In this document: one piece after another, positions 52,419 through 62,687 of the stretch
Layout: the number at the start of each line of letters is the position of its first letter
Numbering within the stretch: the stretch's first letter is position 1
Assembly (NCBI GenBank): GCA_965205025.1
Contig: CBDBFU010000012.1
Location: 384,001 to 448,000, forward strand
Source of the DNA: Candidatus Poribacteria bacterium
GTDB taxonomy: Bacteria > Poribacteria > WGA-4E > WGA-3G
DNA: 64,000 bases
Direction: 5' to 3'
The notes under the pieces: generated by a model
Database searches by the model: none
Told to the model about the DNA's origin: nothing
The model's input: only the letters and a program-made list of their open reading frames with translations
Made by a program: the position numbers and the translations under genes

Positions 52419-53135
52419 CTATTCTTCGGATTCGTCAATATTTCCATCTGTCTTTTCATCTAATGATTGAATTTCTGGTAATCCTTTTGACACTATTACT
52501 TGTGAGGCACGGAGAATACGATCATGCAATTTGTATCCAGTTCTTAGTTCTTCTATAATATTGCCTTCTGGAATTTCATCAGATTCAGTTGCAAAAACTG
52601 ATTCATGTATATTTGGATCAAATATTTCACCGAAGGCTTCAATTGGAACTAATCCATTAGTTTTTAATACATCCATTAGTTGCTTATATACTAACTCAAC
52701 ACCTTCAGAAAAAGTCAATAACTGGGATTCAGAATCATATTCATCAACCTTTTCATTGATGCTTTTAATCGCTGCATTAAGACTATCTAAAACTGGAATG
52801 ATTCCTTTGATTATATTCTCATTAGCAAATTTAAGGTGTTTTTCTGATTCACTTTCAAGTCTTCTTTTTGAATTCTCTGCCTCAGCAACAGTACGTAATA
52901 ATCTCTCTCTTTCCTCCTCATATTGAATTCTTTCAGATTCAGCAACTTCTTCCAATTGCTGTTTATGTTGTACTTGTATACTCTCAATTTGATCTAATAA
53001 CGATTCTACAGTTGATTCGGACATTACCTCCTCAACTTCGTTAGAATCATCACTCTCTTCTTGAGATGCTGTCTCATCCGGTTCTTCATTCTCGTTTGTT
53101 TCTTCTTCTACATTAATATCATTATTTTCAGACAT
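52419..53135 (-). CDS. grpE: Nucleotide exchange factor GrpE
   Basis: LR..AE.EN..RR, FDPNIHE and GYKLHDRILRAS.V motifs. Confidence 0.93.
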   Translation of the reverse strand: MSENNDINVEEETNENEEPDETASQEESDDSNEVEEVMSESTVESLLDQIESIQVQHKQQLEEVAESERIQYEEERERLLRTVAEAENSKRRLESESEKHLKFANENIIKGIIPVLDSLNAAIKSINEKVDEYDSESQLLTFSEGVELVYKQLMDVLKTNGLVPIEAFGEIFDPNIHESVFATESDEIPEGNIIEELRTGYKLHDRILRASQVIVSKGLPEIQSLDEKTDGNIDESEE

Positions 53136-53227
53136 AATGTACTACCTCAAAATTAAATTCTAAAATAAGATTCTACAATGTGGTACTGTGTATATTCTCA
53201 AAAATATAAGTATTCTGTTCAACAGAT

Positions 53228-53977
53228 CTAAATACCATGAACTGCATTTGCAAATTGTTTCATTATCTTAGCTGAATCACATTCTTCCAATATATTCCCT
53301 GTGACGACAAAATCTGCCCCCGCCTTGACTAATTTATGTGCCATATCCGGAGTTCTTATCCCACCACCAACTATCAATGGTATGTTTATTTGCTTCTTTA
53401 CATGAGATATCATCTGATTTGGTACAGGTAAATCAGCACCGCTACCTGCCTCTAAATAGACTAATTTCATACCAAGATATTCAGCCGCCAATGCATGTGG
53501 TCCCGCAATATCAGGTTGATCCCTTGGTATTGGAACAGTTCCACTCATAAATTCTACAGCAGTACGGTTACCACCATCTATCAATATATATCCAGTAGGA
53601 ATTGGTTCCAATGAATAACGTTGAATCAATGGGGCAGCTTTTACTTGTTCACCAATTAGGTAGTTAGGGTTTCTCCCACTAATCAAACTTATATAAAGTA
53701 TAGCATCTGCATGTGGAGTCAAATGAGTCGAATCCCCAGGAAACAAGATTATAGGAAGTGTTATTTCTTTTTTTAGTGATTCTACAATTGGATGAAGATC
53801 ACAAGTCAGTAGACTCCCACCTACTAATATTGCATCTGCACCGGCATTCTCAATTTCACGAGATATCTTACTACAATTCTCAAGCTTACATTTTTCTGGG
53901 TCAATCAATACAAAATAACCAGCATTTTTTTTTGTAAGTATATCTTGTAAGTATTTTAACACCCAAAAAGATAACAA
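53228..53977 (-). CDS. Geranylgeranylglyceryl/heptaprenylglyceryl phosphate synthase (PcrB family, group II-like)
   Basis: VLIDPEK, ILVGGS, LFPG, SLISGRNPNYLIG, YLEAGSGA, VGGGIR and GADFVVTGN motifs. Confidence 0.88.
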   Translation of the reverse strand: MLSFWVLKYLQDILTKKNAGYFVLIDPEKCKLENCSKISREIENAGADAILVGGSLLTCDLHPIVESLKKEITLPIILFPGDSTHLTPHADAILYISLISGRNPNYLIGEQVKAAPLIQRYSLEPIPTGYILIDGGNRTAVEFMSGTVPIPRDQPDIAGPHALAAEYLGMKLVYLEAGSGADLPVPNQMISHVKKQINIPLIVGGGIRTPDMAHKLVKAGADFVVTGNILEECDSAKIMKQFANAVHGI

Positions 53978-54098
53978 ATGCGTTGATTCCCTGGTATATT
54001 GACCTAAGAAAATCTATTCTACAAAAACATGTTTAGCAGAATAGATTTAAGATGTAAACTTATAATATATTAGGTTAATATATACATCTTCTATTTAC

Positions 54099-54207
54099 TT
54101 GTGGATAGTCCACACTTATTTTACAGGTGATTTTCTTCTGTAGGAGCGACCTCCTGGTCGCGACATGATTTATTGATACAATCAATTTTTGTCTGGACTC
54201 CCCACTA
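54099..54207. repeat. MITE-like element with REP core
   Basis: GTGGATAGTCCACAC ... GTCTGGACTCCCCAC bracket TTTTCTTCTGTAGGAGCGACC-TCCT-GGTCGC; related GTGGACTGTCCAC at about 33759. Confidence 0.5.
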
Positions 54208-54359
54208 ACCTAAAGTAAATCATTAAACCTAAGTAATTAAATTAAACAAATTCTTAGTAAGATTGCCATTCTAACTAAGTAAATTTTACACTCAAGAGTG
54301 CAGTTTGTCAAATTCTATACAGAACTTTGTAATAGATCCATAATCACATAAAGTGTAAT

Positions 54360-55718
54360 TTATAAGATCAAATCACGCATATAAACAGCTATAAAGAAGA
54401 TAGCAAAATAATGAACCATTGGACTAACATCTTTGCTTCGACCAGTCACTATCTTCAAGAATGACATTGAAATGAAACCAAATGCAATCCCTTCTGTAAT
54501 ACTAAAAGCCAACGGCATCATCACTACAGTTAATGCTGCTGGAATCGCTTCAGTAAAATCATCCCAGTTAATATTGACCAGATCTTTAAGCATTAATCCA
54601 CCTACAACTATCAAAGCAGGACCAATTATTGGGTAAAGGGGTATTGGACTTCCTGGTGGCTGAATTCCATCACCTACTATACTGATTAATGGGTTGAAAA
54701 ACAACGCAACCAACATCAATATTCCAGTTACTATAGTAGTTAAACCTGTCCGTCCTCCTTCAGCAATTCCTGATGCACTTTCTATATAACATGTAACTGT
54801 AGATGTACCAAGACAAGCACCCCCAACAGAACCGATCGCATCTGTTAATAATGCTTGACGACCTTTTGATAATTTTCCATCTTCATGTAGATCTGCTTCA
54901 TGACCTGTGGCTGTGAGTGTACCTATACTATCGAACATGTCCACAGAAAAGAAGAAGAATATGTAGGGAATCAATTCAACGATTTTCAATAAATTTGGAA
55001 TACGCAGCTTAAATAATGTGGGTTCAATTGATGGTGGAACTGCCACAATACCTTTATATTTTACTATACCAAAGATAATTGAGACAATTGCTGTAGCAAA
55101 AATTCCAATTAACATTGCTCCTCGAACCCGATGTGCCATAAGTGTAAGGATTATGAGTATTCCAAAGATAGAGATTATTACCGGTGTAGATTGGATATCA
55201 CCCAGTGTAACAAATGTTGCTGGATGTGAGGTAATGATCCCTGACATTCGAAGACCAATAAATGCTATAAACGCACCTATTCCAACTGCAATTGCGTTAT
55301 GTAAGGAGGATGGTAGAGCATTCATCACAGCAGCACGTAAACCTACAAATGACAGTATGACAAATAACATACCTGACAAAAAGACTATGCTTAATGCATA
55401 CTCCCATTGTAACCCGAGACCCTGATTGGAACAGATTTCATAAACAAAGTAGGTATTAATCCCCATTCCAGGTGCTAAGGCTACTGGATAATTTGTCAGA
55501 AACGCCATTAGGAAACACGCTCCTGCGCTTGAGATACACGTGGCAACCATTACTGCACCCGGATCCATACCTGCATCCCTAAGAAAAAATGGCTGGACAA
55601 AGATAATATATGACATGGTCATGAATGTGGTACATCCAGCAACGATTTCTTGTTTAATTGTTGTATGATTTGTCTTTAGTTTAAATAACTTTTCTAACAT
55701 GTCTCCCCCAATATTCAC
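54360..55718 (-). CDS. NCS2/AzgA-type purine permease
   Basis: EIVAG.TTFMTMSYI, APGMGIN, GIGAFIAFIG and YIESASGIAEGGRTGL motifs. Confidence 0.9.
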   Translation of the reverse strand: MNIGGDMLEKLFKLKTNHTTIKQEIVAGCTTFMTMSYIIFVQPFFLRDAGMDPGAVMVATCISSAGACFLMAFLTNYPVALAPGMGINTYFVYEICSNQGLGLQWEYALSIVFLSGMLFVILSFVGLRAAVMNALPSSLHNAIAVGIGAFIAFIGLRMSGIITSHPATFVTLGDIQSTPVIISIFGILIILTLMAHRVRGAMLIGIFATAIVSIIFGIVKYKGIVAVPPSIEPTLFKLRIPNLLKIVELIPYIFFFFSVDMFDSIGTLTATGHEADLHEDGKLSKGRQALLTDAIGSVGGACLGTSTVTCYIESASGIAEGGRTGLTTIVTGILMLVALFFNPLISIVGDGIQPPGSPIPLYPIIGPALIVVGGLMLKDLVNINWDDFTEAIPAALTVVMMPLAFSITEGIAFGFISMSFLKIVTGRSKDVSPMVHYFAIFFIAVYMRDLIL

Positions 55719-55777
55719 TCAAAATTGCAATCCTATTACTAAATGTTGAATATCCCATGTTATTTCTAATATATATA

Positions 55778-56037
55778 ATACCATTTCTAATTGAAATGTC
55801 TCTTTTTTGTACCACAAACTTTATGAGGATTAAGTAAATATTTCGCTAATTCTATTTTTCCCACACCCGGTAGGTGCGGTTTCCTAACCACGGGAAATGC
55901 TATATAGCATTCATACCGTTGATTTGGATCTTTCTACAAATTACCGAATTTAAAAATTAATCTTCATTCAGTTTGTAACCTGAAAAATGACTACCATAAT
56001 AACCGCCTAATGAGACAATAAGTTATAGAAATGGTAT
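55778..56037. mobile_element. Nested MITE/REP composite, copy 2
   Basis: Same layer order as 44589-44831. The right TIR (55941-55967) matches the IS630 TIR at 38950-38976 at 26/27 positions. Confidence 0.75.
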
Positions 56038-56133
56038 AACAACTAAATGTATATTTTGTTGAATAATTATGTAACTGAAGATAAATAGAAATTCAAGGCT
56101 TGAATAGATAGATTATTAATTATCTCTACATTC

Positions 56134-56167
56134 TTATAGGCAAGAATAGAATTACCCTTGCCTATAA
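56134..56167 (-). terminator. Hairpin downstream of pckG
   Basis: TTATAGGCAAG...CTTGCCTATAA stem 10 bp past the stop codon. Confidence 0.55.
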
Positions 56168-56176
56168 TCGCCTTTA

Positions 56177-57970
56177 TTAATTTGATTCACGTAAACGACT
56201 TTCCAATGCATCTAATTGGTCTGTCAATACTTCTGGTAATTTCTCCTCAAAACGTTTATAGTGTTCACGAATTGATTCAATCTCATTAAGCCATTCTTCT
56301 GAATTGACATTTAACAGTTCTTGCATCTGTTCATCTGTAACATCAAGACCGTCAGTGTCAATACTGCCTTCGCAAGGAACAAAACCAATTGGTGTTTCAA
56401 CTGCATCTTCTTTTCCAGTGATTCTTTCTACTATCCACTTAAGAACACGACTGTTTTCACCAAATCCAGGCCATAGCCATCCACCATCAGAATCTTTTCG
56501 GAACCAATTAACATAGAATATTCGAGGTAATTTCTCAGTATCAGTCTTTTTACCCATTTCTAACCAATGTGCAAAATAGTCTCCCATGTTATAACCACAG
56601 AAAGGTAACATTGCCATTGGATCTCTTCGTAGTTCTCCCACAGTATCTGCGGCAGCAGCAGTTCTTTCTGATGATGCAATTGAACCAATAAATGTCCCAT
56701 GTTGCCAGTTAAATGCTTCAAACACCAACGGAATAGTAGAAGCACGTCGGCCTCCAAATAGAATAGCAGAGATAGGGACACCATTTGGATTTTCCCAATT
56801 CGGATCAATTATAGGACATTGTGCTGCAGGTGTTGTGTACCGTGCATTTGGATGTGCAGCAGTTTTTTCATCTCCTGGATGCCATTCTTCTCCAAGCCAA
56901 CTAATTGCAGATTCTGGAGGATCATCACTCATCTCTTCCCACCAAACATCAGTATCCGGGGTTAATGCAGCATTCGTAAAGATTGAATTAGAACCAAGGG
57001 TATGCATTGCATTTGGATTCGTTTCCATTGATGTACCAGGAGCAACACCAAAAAATCCAGCTTCAGGGTTAATGGCATAAAGCCGTCCATCCTCACCGAA
57101 TTTCATCCAAGCAATATCATCACCAATCGTCTCTGCTTTCCAACCAGGGATAGTTGGAGTCAACATAGCAAGATTCGTTTTACCACATGCACTTGGAAAA
57201 GCAGCTGCTATATAACTCTTTTCTCCCTCAGGACTGGTTAAACCTAAAATTAGCATGTGTTCTGCCATCCATCCATCGTTCTTCGCCATAATAGAGGCGA
57301 TTCTAAGAGCATAACATTTCTTGCCAAGTAGAGCATTCCCACCGTAACCACTACCATAAGACCAAATAGAACGTTCTTCTGGAAAATGTACAATGTATTT
57401 ATTATCGGGATCACACGGCCATGATACATCATCTTGACCATCTTCAAGTGGCATCCCTACTGAATGTGTACAAGGGACAAAATCTCCATCTTCACCTAAT
57501 ACATCTAAAACATCCTTACCCATTCGCGTCATAATACGCATATTTACAACAACGTATGGTGAATCACTAATTTCCACACCAATATGTGATATTGGTGAAC
57601 CTAATGGTCCCATACTAAATGGAACGACATACATTGTACGACCTTTCATACATCCTTTGAAAAGTCCTTGTAATGTTGCCTTCATCTCTACCGGATCATG
57701 CCAATTGTTAGTCGGACCTGCCTCAGCTGGGTTTTTAGCACAAATGAACGTTCTACCTTCTACACGGGCTACATCCGCAGGATTAGAACGTGCAAGATAA
57801 CTACCAGGTCGTTTGTCAGGATTTAAACGAACAAAAGTTCCATTTTGAACTAATAGTTCACATAACCTATCATTTTCTTCCTGGGAGCCATCGCACCAAT
57901 AAACTTCATCGGGTTGGCATAACTCCGCTGTTTCTTTTACCCAACTGAGCAATTTACTATTGTTTGTCAT
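56177..57970 (-). CDS. pckG: Phosphoenolpyruvate carboxykinase (GTP)
   Basis: [38 protein letters not shown] and HPNARY motifs. Confidence 0.96.
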   Translation of the reverse strand: MTNNSKLLSWVKETAELCQPDEVYWCDGSQEENDRLCELLVQNGTFVRLNPDKRPGSYLARSNPADVARVEGRTFICAKNPAEAGPTNNWHDPVEMKATLQGLFKGCMKGRTMYVVPFSMGPLGSPISHIGVEISDSPYVVVNMRIMTRMGKDVLDVLGEDGDFVPCTHSVGMPLEDGQDDVSWPCDPDNKYIVHFPEERSIWSYGSGYGGNALLGKKCYALRIASIMAKNDGWMAEHMLILGLTSPEGEKSYIAAAFPSACGKTNLAMLTPTIPGWKAETIGDDIAWMKFGEDGRLYAINPEAGFFGVAPGTSMETNPNAMHTLGSNSIFTNAALTPDTDVWWEEMSDDPPESAISWLGEEWHPGDEKTAAHPNARYTTPAAQCPIIDPNWENPNGVPISAILFGGRRASTIPLVFEAFNWQHGTFIGSIASSERTAAAADTVGELRRDPMAMLPFCGYNMGDYFAHWLEMGKKTDTEKLPRIFYVNWFRKDSDGGWLWPGFGENSRVLKWIVERITGKEDAVETPIGFVPCEGSIDTDGLDVTDEQMQELLNVNSEEWLNEIESIREHYKRFEEKLPEVLTDQLDALESRLRESN

Positions 57971-58139
57971 CCAATTCTCCTTATTATATTATAGGAATAT
58001 ACTATCATAGAATTTAGATTCTGACAATTACTATGTTTAGATCAGAGTATTTTTCCTGCAATGTTTAATAATTAAATGGGTTATTATAACAAGACGTATT
58101 TATACTTAATTTTGTTGAATTAACATCAAAATCCTATTT

Positions 58140-58303
58140 TAACGTGAGTTTGATAAATAGTTAGACTTCCACATTTCCTCTTAAAGTCCCCCTGATAAGG
58201 GGGATTTAGGGGGTTAAAAACACCAAAATGACGATTTTTTCACGAAATATGCCCGTTCTCTGTTCAATTTGACTCTGTCCTGTTAATTGTCAAACTCACG
58301 TTA
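58140..58303. repeat. MITE-like element with REP-type core
   Basis: TAACGTGAGTTTGA ... TCAAACTCACGTTA around AAGTCCCCCTGATAAGGGGGATTTAGGGGG. The same IR pair brackets the IS4 locus (47577-49173). Confidence 0.7.
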
Positions 58304-58308
58304 TTTTA

Positions 58309-60180
58309 TTAAAATGCAGCACCTAATTTCACATGTATTTTTCCTTTAAGTGCCGATTCTCCAGCAGCCAATCCATAATCCATTTGTATAATACCACCTT
58401 TAGATTCTAATCTTACTCCAAACCCATATCCCACTCTAAGTCTGTCAAAATCTGATGGACGTTCAATAGAGGTAACTGACCCTGAATCAAGAAAAGCAAA
58501 TATCTGAGAATTACTGCCTATTAAAAACCTATATTCAAGATTAGAATATATTCTTTTTGTTCCAGAAAACCAATCTTCATCATATCCACGTAATGTTGAG
58601 GCACCACCTAAATAGAATAATTCAGTAGGTGGAAAGTTGATCCCCCATGCAGCAGCAAGATGAAGTTCAAGTGCAACGATCTGATTCTCCCATGTTTTGA
58701 AATACTGCTGGAGATCTAACCATGCTTTTCTAAGTTTAAAATCACTATGTGATATTTCAAACGCCAAACTATCCCGCCTGCCGCGTGTAGGATTCAGGAA
58801 ATAGTCTCTGGAGTCACGAGTTATTCTTAGAGTTAAACTATATTTAGAACCATTTTCCGTCACAGGCGTAAAATTCTCAAATAAGGTAGATTCAAGAGTA
58901 TTAATTGTATTATCTTGTGGATAATTACTCGATTGTATCGGGTATCCCGAAAAGTTAATCAGTTTATATCCGAGAACAATATCACTCTCATAAAATCTAC
59001 CTAATGATTTATTAGCGCTTATGTTCGCTGCTTTCTCTTCAGATTCTAACTCATTGTTCCTATTAAATTGTTCTAATTGACTATAAGACAACCCCAAGGT
59101 AAATGGTCGTCCAAATATCCACGGTTCTTTATATCCAACACTTAAGGATTTAAGTAAACCAGATTTCCAAAAGAAATTTGCAACTCTGCCTGTTCCCAAT
59201 AGATTTGTATCCTGTACTTCGACAATTCCAGTTAATTGAGGTAAATCATCAGACCCTTCTAAAGGAGGGGCATATCCAAGGACAAGAATTAAACGACCTG
59301 TTCGTGCTTCAACAACCTTTGGATGTATAATGAATTTATTTTCCTTTTTTCCTGCTTCTAATATATTGGGTTGTATACTATGGAAGAAACCTATATTACG
59401 TAAATTATGGTATGTCTGATCTATTTTTCTCTGATTATAAATATCATTTTCTTTAAATGGGATTTCTCTTAGTACAACATTGGGTTTTGTCTTCTTGAGA
59501 CCACTTATTTTCAATTCCCCTAATCTAACCTTACTTCCTTCACGTATCCTTAACGATAAGTCAATTGAACCATTTTCTTTTGATATATTAATACTATCTG
59601 TTTCAATTTCAATGAAAGGGTAACCATGTTCACTATAAAGTAATTGAACTCTTTCAATACCTTTTTCAAGCAATTTCTGTGTAAAGTACTCACCATGTTT
59701 AAGTCCCAGATATCGTATGATTTTAGATTCTGAAATCAACTCACTACCTGATATACTCAGATATCCAATACGAAGTTTCTTACCTTCATTCAAATGTATG
59801 TCAAGAATAACAGAATTTGGACTATCTGTGGTTTCGATAATTTCAGGTTCAACATTTATGAATACAAAACCGTCTTTCTTATATCCTTCTAAAATTCCAT
59901 TGAAACCTTTGTTTATTTCCGATACCGTATATTCTTTATCTCTTGTCCATCCAAAAAGAGTAAGTAATTTATTTCTTTTGAAATGTTTGTTACCATCAAA
60001 TTTGATTCGAGAAATAATGTATGTTTTTTCTGAAATATCACTTTCAATTGAAATGTCTGATTTTCCTTTTTCTATATCAACAACATCTTCCATTCCAAAT
60101 ACTCGATCATTTAAAATAAATAGACTCAAAACAAGACAACTTGTAAACATAACTATTAATCTATTATATGTAATAAACAT
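58309..60180 (-). CDS. Omp85 (BamA/TamA) family outer-membrane protein
   Basis: Signal peptide, about 3 POTRA domains (Y...GF/GY..., I.EG), NLLGTG, FYLGG..TLRGY and C-terminal Phe. Confidence 0.88.
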   Translation of the reverse strand: MFITYNRLIVMFTSCLVLSLFILNDRVFGMEDVVDIEKGKSDISIESDISEKTYIISRIKFDGNKHFKRNKLLTLFGWTRDKEYTVSEINKGFNGILEGYKKDGFVFINVEPEIIETTDSPNSVILDIHLNEGKKLRIGYLSISGSELISESKIIRYLGLKHGEYFTQKLLEKGIERVQLLYSEHGYPFIEIETDSINISKENGSIDLSLRIREGSKVRLGELKISGLKKTKPNVVLREIPFKENDIYNQRKIDQTYHNLRNIGFFHSIQPNILEAGKKENKFIIHPKVVEARTGRLILVLGYAPPLEGSDDLPQLTGIVEVQDTNLLGTGRVANFFWKSGLLKSLSVGYKEPWIFGRPFTLGLSYSQLEQFNRNNELESEEKAANISANKSLGRFYESDIVLGYKLINFSGYPIQSSNYPQDNTINTLESTLFENFTPVTENGSKYSLTLRITRDSRDYFLNPTRGRRDSLAFEISHSDFKLRKAWLDLQQYFKTWENQIVALELHLAAAWGINFPPTELFYLGGASTLRGYDEDWFSGTKRIYSNLEYRFLIGSNSQIFAFLDSGSVTSIERPSDFDRLRVGYGFGVRLESKGGIIQMDYGLAAGESALKGKIHVKLGAAF

Positions 60181-60257
60181 GATAGAGTACCCTGCAATAT
60201 AACTTTATTGAATATATTACCATATTCCTCTATGTATATACAATTCAACAACATGTC

Positions 60258-60571
60258 AGGGGTGTGTAAACTTTTTGTCACTTTACAACAATGTTTCTTA
60301 TAAAAACGAATCGTTCGTACAGATATAATTCTTCTTCTGTAGGAGAGAACTCCGACTCCCAACTCTTGCGTAATCCGTGATTCAGAAAAAACACCTCTTT
60401 GTACCACAAACTTTTAGTTTGTGATCTTACTCCTTCCCCTCCCCAAACCCTCTTATCCGCGTAATCTGTGTAATCTGTGATCCAGACAACTCAAACATAC
60501 ATAAAAATAAACTATTCTCACTAAATTGATACCTATTGACACCAAAGGTGACAAATTATTTACACACCCCT
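60258..60571. repeat. MITE-like element with REP core and 9-nt tandem repeats
   Basis: AGGGGTGTGTAAA..TTTGTCACTTT / AAAGGTGACAAA..TTTACACACCCCT IRs around CTGTAGGAGAG..., with ATCCGCGTA-ATCTGTGTA-ATCTGTGAT repeats inside. Confidence 0.65.
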
Positions 60572-60585
60572 TATATCTTATATTC

Positions 60586-60614
60586 TTGACATAATCTTGA
60601 ATATGTAGTAATAT
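60586..60614 (+). promoter_or_regulatory. sigma70-type promoter of the radical SAM gene
   Basis: TTGACA-N17-TAATAT. Confidence 0.5.
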
Positions 60615-60674
60615 ATGTAGTCGTATGTAGAAAAAATAATATATATCCACATTATTCTTATTAATCATCAGGAG

Positions 60675-62672
60675 TTGCCAAACATGCCAAATGCCCTTTT
60701 TGTTTACCCTAAATTCCCACCATCATATTGGGGATTTAAATATGCCTTAGATTTTCTTGGTAAAAAATCCTCTATGCCACCCTTGGGATTATTAACAATT
60801 GCAGGCATGTTTCCAAAGAATTATAATCTAAAAGTTGTTGATATGAATGTTGAAACACTAACAGATGAACATCTGGAATGGGCAGACGTTACATTAACAT
60901 CAACAATGATAGTTCAAAAAGACTCACTTTATGATGTGGTTGAACGGTGTAATCAAACTGGAACTCCAATTATAGCAGGTGGTCCACACCCTACTTCTTA
61001 CTATGATAACATCAAGGAAGAATGTAATGGAACAGTAGACCATTTCTTATTCGGAGAAGTAGAAGAGATTTTTGAGGACTTCTTGACTGATTTTGAGAGT
61101 GGTACTGCTAATGAAGTCTATCGTGAAAAAAGAAAACCGGATATATCCATAACACCCCCTCCACGATATGATCTAATTGATATTAATTCCTATGGCTCTA
61201 TGTCACTACAATTCTCTCGCGGTTGTCCATTCAATTGTGAATTCTGTGATATAACGAAGTTATTTGGTCGTGTTCCACGAACTAAAAGCAATGAACAAAT
61301 GCTGTCTGAATTTGAAATGTTATATAATTTGGGATGGGATGGTGCAATGTTTGTTGTTGATGACAACTTTATTGGAAACAAACGGGATGCAATGCGTTTA
61401 CTTCCTGCTGTACAAAAGTGGCAAGAGGAACGGGATTTTCCATTCGCATTATACACAGAGGCAAGTGTAAACCTTGTTGAAATACCAGAAATGCTTGATG
61501 CAATGCATAGTTCTGGATTCAATATGGTTTTTCTCGGTATTGAATCACCAAATGATGAAGCCCTAATTAGTACTTCCAAAGGTCAAAATACAAGTAAGAA
61601 TGAAGATGCAGGAAGTTATTTAATGAGGGCAGTCAGAAAAATCCAGGAATCTGGAATTGAAGTCACAGGTGGATTCATAATTGGTCTTGACGGAGATAAG
61701 GAATTTGATTCGCATATAGACTTTATTCAGGATGCTGGAATACCTATGGCAATGGCAGGTTTATTAACTGCATTAAAGGAAACGGATCTATGGCATCGAC
61801 TGAAGCAAGAAGATCGACTACTGGTTGAATCAACTGGGAATAATACCGATATGAGCCTTAATTTCGTTCCAGAAATGCCACGTGATGAATTAATTAGTGA
61901 ATATAGACGCGTTATCTCAACCCTGTATGATCCCACATTAAAAAACTATTTCGCACGGTGTTATAAATTGCTTGAACATATGCCATTTACACCACATAAT
62001 GTTAGAACTATTAAAATGCTTGAATTGCGTGCATTTCTACGATCAATCCGTTATCAGATGTTCTCTAAACAGGGGTATGAATACTTTAAATTCTTGGTTA
62101 AAGTAATAAAGAATTATCCAAAGATGTTCCCTGAAGCTGTTCGCTTGGCTGTTATGGGATATCATCTTGAAAAAATCACACGTCATACTGTTGCTGTTGA
62201 AGAATTTCGAAAGTATCTATCTGGTGAAATGGATACATTTAAAGAGAAAATTTCACAAGTTCAACCAGTTGAAGATACCAACATGAATGATGTACAAATA
62301 TACGCTCAGCAATTATTTTCACAGGTAAAGAATAAGTATAATTCTATTCATGCAGACTTTCAATATGCTGCTCAGGCAGCGATGGATAATTTTCAAAATG
62401 ATGTCTTTCAAGAATACTTACAGGCTGAGTTAATAGTATTTAAAGAGACTGTAAGTTCATTTGCAAAAACACAATCTGAGAGAATCGGTGAGTTACAAAC
62501 TTATATTGGTAATCTTTACACCCGTATACGTCAACAGCATGCACAGCTTCATGATGATTTGAAGAAAAATGTACAGGATGCTATCGATGCATTTCAAGAA
62601 TCTATTACCCACCATTTAGAACAACTTTTCGGTTCAATTCCAGTCCCAATTGAAGAATTGCAGTATAATTAA
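60675..62672 (+). CDS. B12-binding radical SAM protein (DUF4070-type) with helical C-terminal extension
   Basis: PPLGLLTIA B12-binding region, SRGCPFNCEFCDI (CxxxCxxC), VDDNFIGN, FLGIES and GFIIGLD. Confidence 0.88.
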   Translation: MPNMPNALFVYPKFPPSYWGFKYALDFLGKKSSMPPLGLLTIAGMFPKNYNLKVVDMNVETLTDEHLEWADVTLTSTMIVQKDSLYDVVERCNQTGTPIIAGGPHPTSYYDNIKEECNGTVDHFLFGEVEEIFEDFLTDFESGTANEVYREKRKPDISITPPPRYDLIDINSYGSMSLQFSRGCPFNCEFCDITKLFGRVPRTKSNEQMLSEFEMLYNLGWDGAMFVVDDNFIGNKRDAMRLLPAVQKWQEERDFPFALYTEASVNLVEIPEMLDAMHSSGFNMVFLGIESPNDEALISTSKGQNTSKNEDAGSYLMRAVRKIQESGIEVTGGFIIGLDGDKEFDSHIDFIQDAGIPMAMAGLLTALKETDLWHRLKQEDRLLVESTGNNTDMSLNFVPEMPRDELISEYRRVISTLYDPTLKNYFARCYKLLEHMPFTPHNVRTIKMLELRAFLRSIRYQMFSKQGYEYFKFLVKVIKNYPKMFPEAVRLAVMGYHLEKITRHTVAVEEFRKYLSGEMDTFKEKISQVQPVEDTNMNDVQIYAQQLFSQVKNKYNSIHADFQYAAQAAMDNFQNDVFQEYLQAELIVFKETVSSFAKTQSERIGELQTYIGNLYTRIRQQHAQLHDDLKKNVQDAIDAFQESITHHLEQLFGSIPVPIEELQYN

Positions 62673-62687
62673 AAAGAATCAATCTCT

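Noticed and set aside
55719-56176. Purine riboswitch upstream of the NCS2 permease
   Set aside because: No purine aptamer core is recognisable; the structure there is explained by the nested MITE/REP composite and the pckG terminator.
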